Shown here: one piece after another, positions 46,142 through 55,158 of the stretch
Position numbering within the stretch: the first letter of the stretch is position 1
Layout of the letters: each line of letters starts with the position of its first letter
DNA from: Anaerolineales bacterium UBA3499
GTDB lineage: Bacteria; Chloroflexota; Anaerolineae; Anaerolineales; UBA11657
DNA: 64,000 bases
Assembly (NCBI GenBank): GCA_002377585.1
Contig: DFQC01000005.1
Location: 11,715 to 75,714, forward strand
Direction of reading: 5' to 3'
Made by a program: the position numbers and the translations under genes
The notes under the pieces: model-generated
What the model saw: the letters and a program-made list of their open reading frames with translations, nothing else
The model's database searches: none
What the model was told of the DNA's origin: nothing

Positions 46142-47707
46142 ATGTCTCTCTTCCGCATACATGCACCAATCCTTGATGACATCAGATCAGATGGATTGAT
46201 GCCTACTCTTATAGCAAAAACAGACGAAGTTGTAACTCGTCTAACTGCTGGGTTAAATGTAGAAGAAATACGATCTGTTCTGAGAGGTGATCCACCCAAA
46301 CGACCCAACCCGCGTGTTAAACCACATGCTGATGGGTTTTGGATGCATATGCGTCCAACATATTTTCACGAAAAAGTAATGACACTATACCCAACCTTCA
46401 GGTTGGGATGGCTATCTGTATACTTTCTCGTATTTGAGACGATCACTGGTCTCGTACTAATGCTATGGTATACGCCATCGCCACTAAGAGCTTTCGAGGA
46501 CATGCAGAATATAATGAGCAATGTACCTCTTGGCTTGATGATGAGAGATCTGCACCGTTTAGGTGCCGAATTCATGGTCATGGTAGTGCTACTACATATG
46601 TTAAGAACTTTCATCACAGGTAGCTACAAAAAACCACGACAATTTACTTGGTTCACTGGTGGTGTACTACTACTACTAACTTTGTTCCTTAGTTTTTCTG
46701 GATATCTACTGCCATGGGACCAACTTTCCCTATGGGCAGTAACAATTGGTGCTTCCATGGCTGAGGCCACCCCAGTAATTGGTCGTGAAGTTAATTTGCT
46801 GGTCCGTGGAGGTCCAGATTTTGGAGCAAATGGTTTACTACGATTCTACCTACTACATGTCTTCGCTCTTCCATTAATAGCTTTCATATTTCTAGGTGTT
46901 CATTATTACAAAGTAATTATTCACGGACATTCCCTACCTCCTAAAGAAGAGGAGATAGGTGAAGATACGGCTCGCAAAGTACCAATGGAAAAGCGCAGTT
47001 ACTTCCTACCTGATGTACTTACTAAAGAAGTATATTGGATAGTTATTTGGACTGCGCTACTTATATTGATGGTTACTGTCGGAAATTGGCATGCACCATT
47101 AGAGCCCCATGCAGATTCCCAAGTAACTCCGCTACACACGACTGCGCCTTGGTATTTTCTATGGTTACAAGGTATGTTGAAGCTAGGTGACAAGGTATTT
47201 TGGGGTGTTATCGCCCCAGGCATCCTCGTAAATTTTGTGTTTGTAATGCCATATTTAGAGGTGGGTCCAAGTCGCCGATACATACATAGACGAGTAGGTC
47301 TATCAGTTTGTGCGATCAGTGTCATTGCTTTTTCAATACTCACATATATGGGTACTCCATACCATGCAGTTTCATCATCCCCAGATCAAGAAATAGTAGC
47401 AGCACTTGTACCACAAACCCATCCTGGGCCTGTTCGTACTGCCTCATTTGATGAACTACTACCAGGGGAGTACTCGTCAGACAAATGGAATTCAGCACCT
47501 ACAGAGAACCTGCGTGAAATAATGGAAACTTTTGACTATGAAATAAACAAGTATGGTAGTGAACTTCCTGGCGCAGTAGGGATAATGAATATAGTAGACT
47601 GGCAAGTTGGACTGAAAAAAGTTACCCTAAGCGTAGTTTGGAACAATGGAGAAGAAACTTTCACTCAAAATGTGTATGTACATGAAGATTCAAAACATGG
47701 ACACTAA
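46142..47707 (+). CDS. Cytochrome b (fused b6-like plus subunit-IV-like) with N- and C-terminal extensions
   Basis: 521-aa ORF; heme ligands H138/H152 (13 residues between) and H239/H254 (14 residues between, b6-type); Qo-loop motif APWY at 47144-47155. Confidence 0.85.
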   Translation: MSLFRIHAPILDDIRSDGLMPTLIAKTDEVVTRLTAGLNVEEIRSVLRGDPPKRPNPRVKPHADGFWMHMRPTYFHEKVMTLYPTFRLGWLSVYFLVFETITGLVLMLWYTPSPLRAFEDMQNIMSNVPLGLMMRDLHRLGAEFMVMVVLLHMLRTFITGSYKKPRQFTWFTGGVLLLLTLFLSFSGYLLPWDQLSLWAVTIGASMAEATPVIGREVNLLVRGGPDFGANGLLRFYLLHVFALPLIAFIFLGVHYYKVIIHGHSLPPKEEEIGEDTARKVPMEKRSYFLPDVLTKEVYWIVIWTALLILMVTVGNWHAPLEPHADSQVTPLHTTAPWYFLWLQGMLKLGDKVFWGVIAPGILVNFVFVMPYLEVGPSRRYIHRRVGLSVCAISVIAFSILTYMGTPYHAVSSSPDQEIVAALVPQTHPGPVRTASFDELLPGEYSSDKWNSAPTENLREIMETFDYEINKYGSELPGAVGIMNIVDWQVGLKKVTLSVVWNNGEETFTQNVYVHEDSKHGH

Positions 47708-47710
47708 AAT

Positions 47711-48574
47711 ATGACTTGGCGAACTGTTGTCGGTACCCTAGCTACATTTGTCACAACTGTCGTTATAGCCTTCTGGTTAATTAACGAACCGGCTCGCATG
47801 AAAGAAGCAGAAGAGGGGTTTGCAGGCAGATCCATGGAAGCTGGAGCAGCGATATACGAAAACAATTGTACACGCTGCCATGGTCCAGCAGGTGGAGGAT
47901 TAGTAGGACTGGCTCCAGCAATCAACAACCCTGCACTTTTTGATGGAACTAGACTTGCTGAAGTCGGTTGGGCAGGAAGCTTGCATGACTTTGTGTACTC
48001 CACAATATCCGGAGGACGGCCATTGGCTTCTTCAGGCACAACATGGCCACAACGAATGCCAACTTGGAGCACAGAATATGGCGGACCGCTTCGACACGAC
48101 CAAGTGCGAGATGTCACAGCATTCGTGTTAAACTGGGGAAGAGCATACGAGGAAGGTATTACCGCACTGCAAAATCCTGAAACAGCAACAACTTCAATGG
48201 AACCCATTGATGCAGTTGGTATAGATATAAACACACCCGAATTGCCGCCTGGCAATCCTGACGACGGTGAAGCTCTTACTGTCTCACTGGGTTGCACTGC
48301 GTGCCACATTCAAACCGAAGTCGGACCAGCTTGGCTGGCAGAAAATCACCCTGACGGCACGGGAATTGGCACAAGAGCAGGCGAACGCATTGTTGCTGCA
48401 GACTATACTGGTGCTGCTACCACAGCCGAACAATACTTACGAGAGTCAATAGTACGCACTAATGAATATGTAGTCGAAGGATACGAACCCGGCATAATGG
48501 TCGCCACATATGGAGAAACTCTAACTGCACAAAACCTGTCAGATATAATTTCATATCTAATCACACTGAAATAA
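47711..48574 (+). CDS. Membrane-anchored diheme c-type cytochrome
   Basis: 287-aa ORF; N-terminal TM helix, two CxxCH motifs (CTRCH, CTACH); starts 3 nt after the cytochrome b stop. Confidence 0.75.
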   Translation: MTWRTVVGTLATFVTTVVIAFWLINEPARMKEAEEGFAGRSMEAGAAIYENNCTRCHGPAGGGLVGLAPAINNPALFDGTRLAEVGWAGSLHDFVYSTISGGRPLASSGTTWPQRMPTWSTEYGGPLRHDQVRDVTAFVLNWGRAYEEGITALQNPETATTSMEPIDAVGIDINTPELPPGNPDDGEALTVSLGCTACHIQTEVGPAWLAENHPDGTGIGTRAGERIVAADYTGAATTAEQYLRESIVRTNEYVVEGYEPGIMVATYGETLTAQNLSDIISYLITLK

Positions 48575-48623
48575 ACAGTCTTTCATCAGGATCATAACTC
48601 CATTGAAAAATGCAATATAAAAA

Positions 48624-48658
48624 CCGGCACAATTCTAATCAGTCTGTGCCGGTTTTTT
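48624..48658 (+). terminator. Rho-independent terminator after the bc-complex operon
   Basis: 8-bp stem CCGGCACA / TGTGCCGG (48624-48631 / 48645-48652) followed by T6 (48653-48658). Confidence 0.75.
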
Positions 48659-48759
48659 ATTACATGTTACTAACAATTTTAAGTTAAAGTTACATCCATA
48701 CAACATAAAGTGTAAAGAAATCTTGTGTTCTTCAGGTACAATTAAACAAATTACATATT

Positions 48760-49275
48760 ATGACTTCATATAAAGAGCCAACAACACAATCAAATCGTCA
48801 GCGTAACAAATTTCTGTTAGGCGGTTTTCTAATAATAAGCGCAATCATATATCTTATTGCCAGCACTACTCAAAGTACCAGTAAGTATTATTACACAGTT
48901 GATGAGTTAGTCGTCGAACAAGCAGCTGCTATAGGAGAGAACGTCCGTATATCAGGAGCAGTAATTGGGGATTCTATTAGCTATGATGCAGACAACTTAA
49001 CTCTGCAGTTTACAGTAGCACATGTTCCTGGTGACTCGGATGAGATTGTAGCTAAAGGTGGTCTTGCTAGAGTACTTCATGAGGCTATTGCAAACCCCAA
49101 CAAAGCACGTCTTAGAATATCCTACCAGGGTCCAATGCCTGATTTACTAAGAGACGAAGCCCAAGCAATTATGGATGGGCATTTGAATAAAGATAATGTT
49201 TTCGTAGCTGACACACTACTACTAAAATGTCCAACAAAATACGAAGACGAATTACCAAATCAAACCAACAACTAA
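48760..49275 (+). CDS. ccmE: Cytochrome c maturation heme chaperone CcmE, CxxxY variant
   Basis: 171-aa ORF; N-terminal anchor, OB-fold region (VRISGAVIGDSI, YQGPMPDLLRDEAQAIMDG). The heme-attachment position reads LLKCPTKY (Cys 49228-49230, Tyr 49240-49242) instead of canonical HxxxY. Confidence 0.8.
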   Translation: MTSYKEPTTQSNRQRNKFLLGGFLIISAIIYLIASTTQSTSKYYYTVDELVVEQAAAIGENVRISGAVIGDSISYDADNLTLQFTVAHVPGDSDEIVAKGGLARVLHEAIANPNKARLRISYQGPMPDLLRDEAQAIMDGHLNKDNVFVADTLLLKCPTKYEDELPNQTNN

Positions 49276-49321
49276 CAGGCACTCGCAATTGTTAGATCAC
49301 CGTATATGAGCTATTTCTCTA

Positions 49322-51370
49322 ATGATTGTTAACCTTGGTTATACAGCTTTACTACTAGCATTATTATGCTCATTTTATGCCATAGTATCAGCAAGAGTAT
49401 ATATCAACAATAATAAATTACAGTGGGTTGACTCAGCACGTAATGCAGTATTATCTGTATGGTTTCTTCTTACATTAGCTTGTCTTATCCTTGTCTACCT
49501 TCTAACTAACGAACATTTTGAAATCGAGTATGTAGCTAGCGTATCTAGCCGAGCAATGCCTTGGTACCTAAAAGCAACTGCGCTATGGGGAGGACAAGCT
49601 GGAAGCCTACTATTCTGGTCCTGGTTAATGTCTTCCTACACTGGAATAATGATGTTGCGGGACTGGAGCAACGAACGTGACTTGCAGCCATATGTAATCA
49701 CTGCAAGCATGCTCACTCTTGCATTTTTCGTTAGCTTGAATGTGTTTGTGGAAAATCCATTCAATGTTCTCTGGATTGATTCCTTTGGCAATATTACCTC
49801 ATCTATGACGAGACCAGATGCAAACCTTATGTTTACTCCAAATGACGGAGCAGGGCTCAATCCTCTATTACGCCATCCTGGGATGATTATTCATCCTCCA
49901 ATGTTATATCTCGGTTTCGTCGGCTTTGTAATACCTTATAGTTTTGCTATCGGAGCTCTTGCAGTCGGCCGCACGGACGGGGTCTGGATACGAGCCACAC
50001 GTCGATGGACTCTTATTGCCTGGCTATTTCTATCGCTAGGACTCTTATTAGGTGGTCGTTGGGCTTATGATGTGCTGGGATGGGGTGGCTACTGGGGATG
50101 GGACCCCGTAGAGATAGCTGCTTTTATGCCGTGGCTCACTGGAACAGCCTTTCTACACTCAGTAATTATTCAAGAAAAACATGGTATGTTCAAAAGATGG
50201 AATATGATTTTAATAATATTGACTTATGCATTGGTGATATTTGGAACATTTCTTACTAGATCAGGAGTGCTATCCTCTGTCCATGCCTTTGCCCAAAGCT
50301 CAATAGGTCCTCTGTTTTTTATTTTTATAACAGTAACTTTTACTATTTCATTGTTGTTGCTTTTTCGTGGCTGGGAATCTCTAGCATCTAGAAAAACCCT
50401 TACAAGCTGGTTATCACGTGAAGGTATGTTTTTGCTAAACAATCTGCTATTTATGGGAATATTGGTAGCGTGCTTTTGGGGAGTTATATATCCACTCATC
50501 TCAGAGATTATCACTGGACAGAAAGTGACCGTAGGACCACCATTTTACGAGCGTACTACTGGACCACAATTCGCTGCATTACTGTTGTTAATGGGCATAG
50601 TACCCTTAGTAGCCTGGAGAATCACTACGGTCAACCGAATTGGCCATCTAATATGGAAGCCAACGATAATATCTTTGTTGGTACCAATAATGTCTATAAT
50701 TTCGGGTATATTTAATTTTGCAGCCTTACTTAGCCTTTGGCTAGCAAGCCTTGTATTTTGCGTAACAATATATGAATTCTATCGAGGAGCTATCGCACGA
50801 AGTAAATCTAGCGGCAACATCTTTTTCATTTCTTTGTGGCAGCTCATATCAAGAAATCGTCGTCGTTATGGAGGATATATAGTGCACTTAGGTATTGTGT
50901 TTATGGCAGTTGGAATTATTGGTGTTGAGATGTTCCAGACTGAAACTCAAGGTACCTTAGCTATTGAAGAACGAATGAGTTTAGAGGACTACTCGTTAGT
51001 GTACAAAGATCTAGATGAATACCCGGAAAACGACGGGCGCTTTGTTACTAAAGCAACACTAGATGTATACAAGAACAACAAATTAATTGGTGAATTAGAA
51101 CCAAGACGCGACTATTATAATATAAGTCAACAAAGAATGACTATTCCGGATGTTTACAGCACGCTGGAAGGAGACCTATACGTTTTGCTCATTGACTGGA
51201 AGCCTGTTGGACCGCAACAGGCCACATTTAAGGTCTATCTTAATCCTCTTATCAATTGGATATGGATAGGTGGATTTCTCTTTATACTTGGCACGCTGGT
51301 AGCTACGTGGCCTGACCAGCGTGATAGACACATAATCACAAACAACAAATCTATCGCACAACCCTTTTGA
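49322..51370 (+). CDS. ccmF: Cytochrome c-type biogenesis protein CcmF (heme lyase component)
   Basis: 682-aa polytopic ORF; WWD motif WGGYWGWDPVE and conserved His-containing helices. Confidence 0.9.
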   Translation: MIVNLGYTALLLALLCSFYAIVSARVYINNNKLQWVDSARNAVLSVWFLLTLACLILVYLLTNEHFEIEYVASVSSRAMPWYLKATALWGGQAGSLLFWSWLMSSYTGIMMLRDWSNERDLQPYVITASMLTLAFFVSLNVFVENPFNVLWIDSFGNITSSMTRPDANLMFTPNDGAGLNPLLRHPGMIIHPPMLYLGFVGFVIPYSFAIGALAVGRTDGVWIRATRRWTLIAWLFLSLGLLLGGRWAYDVLGWGGYWGWDPVEIAAFMPWLTGTAFLHSVIIQEKHGMFKRWNMILIILTYALVIFGTFLTRSGVLSSVHAFAQSSIGPLFFIFITVTFTISLLLLFRGWESLASRKTLTSWLSREGMFLLNNLLFMGILVACFWGVIYPLISEIITGQKVTVGPPFYERTTGPQFAALLLLMGIVPLVAWRITTVNRIGHLIWKPTIISLLVPIMSIISGIFNFAALLSLWLASLVFCVTIYEFYRGAIARSKSSGNIFFISLWQLISRNRRRYGGYIVHLGIVFMAVGIIGVEMFQTETQGTLAIEERMSLEDYSLVYKDLDEYPENDGRFVTKATLDVYKNNKLIGELEPRRDYYNISQQRMTIPDVYSTLEGDLYVLLIDWKPVGPQQATFKVYLNPLINWIWIGGFLFILGTLVATWPDQRDRHIITNNKSIAQPF

Positions 51371-51431
51371 GTGACATATGATTACATATCATACTCCAAC
51401 GTTTGTGTGACAAAAAGATTGGGTTAAACGC

Positions 51432-51923
51432 ATGGAAATAAAGTGGATCACCAAATCAATTTTGTTGGTTATGTTATTAACATGTATTCCATTTAATAAA
51501 ACCCCTAATGTCTTAGCCCAAGACATTAACCCAACCGATGATGAAGTTAATGCAATTAGCAAGCAATTGTACTGCCCAGTCTGTGAAAGTATTCCCTTAG
51601 ACGCTTGTGGTACCCAAGCCTGTATTCAGTGGCGAGATACTATAAGGGCAAAGCTGACAGACGGGTGGTCTGAAGAAGAAATTAAACAATATTTTTCCGA
51701 CCAGTATGGTATACGAGTGCTAGCAGAACCACCAGTAGACGGTTTCAATAAACTTCTGTGGTATCTACCACCATCCTTGTTTCTAATTGGAGCACTGCTC
51801 GTAACACGTTTACTCTCTAATACTAAAAACAAACTACATGTACAGCATGAGACAACATCAAATATAGAAAATGCGAATCATTATGTAGAGAGAATAGAGC
51901 ACGACTTCAAAAAATGGCAATGA
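51432..51923 (+). CDS. ccmH: Cytochrome c-type biogenesis protein CcmH/NrfF family
   Basis: 163-aa ORF; signal peptide, redox motif LYCPVCES (canonical LRCxxC), downstream YGIRVLAEPP plus TM anchor. Confidence 0.75.
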   Translation: MEIKWITKSILLVMLLTCIPFNKTPNVLAQDINPTDDEVNAISKQLYCPVCESIPLDACGTQACIQWRDTIRAKLTDGWSEEEIKQYFSDQYGIRVLAEPPVDGFNKLLWYLPPSLFLIGALLVTRLLSNTKNKLHVQHETTSNIENANHYVERIEHDFKKWQ

Positions 51924-52489
51924 GCAGAACCAATCCACCAAAACTTGGTCAATCACATATTACAGTTCAACAGCGCAAAAATAGACTAGGGCAACTTGCC
52001 GTGTGGATATTACTTGCGGCATTGTTGGTTTTTGTTGCGATCAAGTTGTTCCAAACAAGTCTTGGCCCAGTTCGATCAGGAAAACCACCTGATTTCACAA
52101 TAACCACTTTTAATGACCAAACATATACTCTTTCAGACCTCGAAGGAAAAATTATAGTTATCAACTTCTGGGCTTCATGGTGTGATCCATGTAAAGCAGA
52201 AGCTGCAGACCTGGAGATGCTGTGGCGTGATTATAAAGATAAAGATGTGCTATTGTTAGGAATAGATTATGCAGATACCGAAAAGGAAGCTCTCGATTAC
52301 TTGAGTACATGGGACATTACATATCCAAACGGCCCAGATGTGGGGACAACAATCTCTCAATCGTACCGCATAAGGGGAGTGCCAGAGACGTACATAGTAG
52401 CCCAGAATGGATTGCTAGCCAAATCGTTTATAGGGCCAATCAACTACGAAAATGTAGAGGTTGTTCTGGAAGCACTACTAGACAAATAA
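51914..52489 (+). CDS. ccmG: Thiol:disulfide oxidoreductase CcmG/DsbE/ResA (TlpA-like thioredoxin)
   Basis: 191-aa ORF; N-terminal anchor, WASWCDPCK active site, GVPETY motif. Confidence 0.8.
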   Translation: MAMSRTNPPKLGQSHITVQQRKNRLGQLAVWILLAALLVFVAIKLFQTSLGPVRSGKPPDFTITTFNDQTYTLSDLEGKIIVINFWASWCDPCKAEAADLEMLWRDYKDKDVLLLGIDYADTEKEALDYLSTWDITYPNGPDVGTTISQSYRIRGVPETYIVAQNGLLAKSFIGPINYENVEVVLEALLDK

Positions 52490-52496
52490 TTCAACC

Positions 52497-52778
52497 ATGA
52501 TTCTACTTTTTCTCATACTACAGGTCACATTGATTGCTGCAGCAATAATATTTATAATCAGACCTTTTTTCCTGTCCGACAATCGAAAACCAGATATGAA
52601 CAATAGTAACTACAGTCTTCACGAACAACACACTAGACTAATTGAATCTTTACACGATCTTGATTTTGATCATCGCACAGAAAAAATCACCACTGAAGAT
52701 TACACTACTGCACGTAATAATATAATAAATGAAGGCATTAATTTGCTTCGTAAAATAGACGATACACACGAAATATAA
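52497..52778 (+). CDS. Small membrane protein resembling the N-terminal module of CcmI (no TPR domain)
   Basis: 93-aa ORF; N-terminal TM helix ending IIRPFF, then a charged helix (LIESLHDLDFDHRTEKITTEDYTTARNNII) like the CcmI N-terminus; located inside the ccm cluster. Confidence 0.4.
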   Translation: MILLFLILQVTLIAAAIIFIIRPFFLSDNRKPDMNNSNYSLHEQHTRLIESLHDLDFDHRTEKITTEDYTTARNNIINEGINLLRKIDDTHEI

Positions 52779-52784
52779 ACTAGT

Positions 52785-53483
52785 ATGATTAATGTCAAAT
52801 CTGTTTCCAAATCTTTTGGTATGAAAGAAGTACTTAGAGACATCAATTTAGACATAGAGCCTGGTGAATTTACTGCAATTGTCGGGCCCAATGGATCAGG
52901 TAAGTCTACTCTGTTACGCATAATATCTACGTTGCTTCGCCCCAACAGCGGACAAGTTACCGTGGCTGGACTTGACTTAAGTACAAGAGCACATACAGTA
53001 CGTCAACTCCTTGGAGTAGTCTCACACCACACTTTACTTTACGACAACTTAACAGCATACGAAAATCTACTTTTCTACGCACACCTATACAATATGACCG
53101 ATTATGCAAAACGCATAAACATGGTACTTGATAAGGTAAATTTATCCGACTCCAAAGACACATTGGTACACACATATTCGCATGGCATGCAGCAAAGACT
53201 ATCAATCGCTAGAGCCATACTACACAATCCTAGAGTGATTTTATTTGATGAACCACACACTGGATTAGATCAAACCAACTCTATTAGATTGGACGAAATT
53301 CTTCAGTCAACATCAGCAGCAGGAAATACCGTAATGCTGATTACACACGATATAAAACATGCGCTAACGTTATGCGACAAAATCGTTGTACTACATAAAG
53401 GCAAAATAGTATATCAGGTAAGAACCACCCAAATATCATATGATGAATTCGCCAGTAATTACCATGAAATCACCAATGTATAA
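52785..53483 (+). CDS. ccmA: Heme exporter ATP-binding protein CcmA
   Basis: 232-aa ORF; Walker A GPNGSGKST, Walker B ILFDEP, signature-like SHGMQQRLS; followed by ccmB and ccmC. Confidence 0.8.
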   Translation: MINVKSVSKSFGMKEVLRDINLDIEPGEFTAIVGPNGSGKSTLLRIISTLLRPNSGQVTVAGLDLSTRAHTVRQLLGVVSHHTLLYDNLTAYENLLFYAHLYNMTDYAKRINMVLDKVNLSDSKDTLVHTYSHGMQQRLSIARAILHNPRVILFDEPHTGLDQTNSIRLDEILQSTSAAGNTVMLITHDIKHALTLCDKIVVLHKGKIVYQVRTTQISYDEFASNYHEITNV

Positions 53484-54177
53484 CAACGATAAACACCCAA
53501 CAACAGGCCAGTATTGGCGAACAGTCAAAACAATCATCTGGAAAGATCTAAGCATAGAAATGCGCAAGAAAACGCTCATAAGCGCACTCTTTATTTTTTC
53601 CGTCATGGTAACACTTGTTTTTACCTTTGCTCTCGATTTGGACAAATCGACCAAAGACAATGTTTCTGTTGGAGTACTCTGGGTAACATTTGTATTTTCA
53701 TCTACTTTAGGACTAAATCAAACATTTGCTAACGAAAAAAAACATGGGTCACTAGAAGGAATGCTTCTAGCGCCTATTGACCACACTGCTATTTTTGTTG
53801 GAAAATTTATTAGTACATACATTTTCGTAATCATCATAGAGATAATAATTATTCCCATGTTTTACTTTTTTTATGGTATATCATTGTTTTCTCCACTGTT
53901 CTTGCTAATAGTATTGCTTGGATCATTCGGATACACTTTAGTAGGCACCCTATTAACATCCATAGCAATAAGAACTCAAGTACGCGAAATCATGTTACCA
54001 ATACTACTGTTTCCTGTATCAATGCCAATAATAATAGCGTCTGTTCAATGTAGTAATGCAATCCTATCTGGAGCTAATTGGGGACAGTTCTCCAATGCAT
54101 TCAATCTAGTAATAGTTTACGATATAATATTCATTGGAGTAGCAATTATGACATTTGAGTACCTAATCCAGGAGTAA
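53440..54177 (+). CDS. ccmB: Heme exporter membrane protein CcmB
   Basis: 245-aa polytopic ORF overlapping the ccmA 3' end (true start may be the ATG at 53464 or 53476); position and topology as CcmB. Confidence 0.75.
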   Translation: MMNSPVITMKSPMYNNDKHPTTGQYWRTVKTIIWKDLSIEMRKKTLISALFIFSVMVTLVFTFALDLDKSTKDNVSVGVLWVTFVFSSTLGLNQTFANEKKHGSLEGMLLAPIDHTAIFVGKFISTYIFVIIIEIIIIPMFYFFYGISLFSPLFLLIVLLGSFGYTLVGTLLTSIAIRTQVREIMLPILLFPVSMPIIIASVQCSNAILSGANWGQFSNAFNLVIVYDIIFIGVAIMTFEYLIQE

Positions 54178-54187
54178 TAAGACTGAT

Positions 54188-54889
54188 ATGCTAAGATCAA
54201 ATCCGCGGCTAAAACTTATGACAGTTAGTTCGTTAATTCTAATTGTCCTTTCAATGTATATGGTGCTAATTTATGCACCTAGGGAAGTAATCATGGGTGA
54301 AATCCAACGTATTTTCTATTATCATGTATCTTCTGGATGGATAGCTGCATTAGCCTTTCTAGTCACTCTAATAACTAGTATCATGTTCTTAGCAACCCAA
54401 AATGAAAGGCACGATCACATTGCTATTTCTTCAGCAGAAATTGGGGTGATATTTACCACGATGAATATCGTCAGCGGATCTGTATGGGCAAGACCTGTCT
54501 GGAATACTTGGTGGACTTGGGACCCACGATTGACCACTGCTACAATAATGTGGCTTTTATATATTGCGTACCTATTTCTACATGCAGGACTAGAAGACCA
54601 TGATCGTAGACGACACATCACTGCTGTATATGGAATAGTTGCCTTTATCAGCGTACCACTAACATTTATGGCAATACGCATCTGGCGCACAATTCACCCA
54701 GTAGTAATTGGAAGTGCCGATCCAGACGCTGAAGGCCAATTTGACATGACTGCAAGAATGACCACAACATTGCTGTTCACTGTATCAACATTTACAGTAT
54801 TGTATTTTACTATTCTATGGCATAGAGTCAGAATCCAATCATTGTTCGAATATATGTCCAAGCTACAGCATCAAATGTACAATGATTAA
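54188..54889 (+). CDS. ccmC: Heme exporter protein CcmC
   Basis: 233-aa ORF; WWD motif WNTWWTWDPRLT, flanking conserved His (YYHVSSGW, RTIHP). Confidence 0.85.
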   Translation: MLRSNPRLKLMTVSSLILIVLSMYMVLIYAPREVIMGEIQRIFYYHVSSGWIAALAFLVTLITSIMFLATQNERHDHIAISSAEIGVIFTTMNIVSGSVWARPVWNTWWTWDPRLTTATIMWLLYIAYLFLHAGLEDHDRRRHITAVYGIVAFISVPLTFMAIRIWRTIHPVVIGSADPDAEGQFDMTARMTTTLLFTVSTFTVLYFTILWHRVRIQSLFEYMSKLQHQMYND

Positions 54890-54900
54890 AGGAGATACAG

Positions 54901-55074
54901 ATGTTACTTGAAAATTCACAGGTGGATACTTCTAATTATCTGTTACTAGGTTTTACAATACTGACAATTATAAGTGCTGGTTATTGCATCTACCTCTTCA
55001 ATCGTTTTAGCAAATTAAAACAACAAATATCAAAAACAGAAAAGTTAAACAGTATACATAATAAAGACGCATAA
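54901..55074 (+). CDS. Small single-TM protein in the CcmD position (not in the supplied ORF track)
   Basis: Hand-translated 57 aa MLLENSQVDTSNYLLLGFTILTIISAGYCIYLFNRFSKLKQQISKTEKLNSIHNKDA; AGGAG RBS 6-7 nt upstream; begins 11 nt after the ccmC stop; one TM helix followed by a basic tail, as in CcmD. Confidence 0.5.
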   Translation: MLLENSQVDTSNYLLLGFTILTIISAGYCIYLFNRFSKLKQQISKTEKLNSIHNKDA

Positions 55075-55158
55075 CTTGTTATAAGATAACTAATCTAACA
55101 TACGTCTACAGATTTTCAACCGTATAGATTGTTTGTCAAATTATCGGAGGCACTACTA

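Noticed and set aside
47704-48309. 201-aa minus-strand ORF
   Set aside because: It lies entirely antisense to the diheme cytochrome c gene, which has clear CxxCH motifs and operon context. The antisense product is low-complexity (Ser/Pro/Ala-rich) with no motif, so it is a shadow ORF.
55129-55158. TTG-initiated extension of the PGI/PMI ORF
   Set aside because: The in-frame ATG at 55159 has a GGAGG Shine-Dalgarno 8 nt upstream, while the TTG has none.
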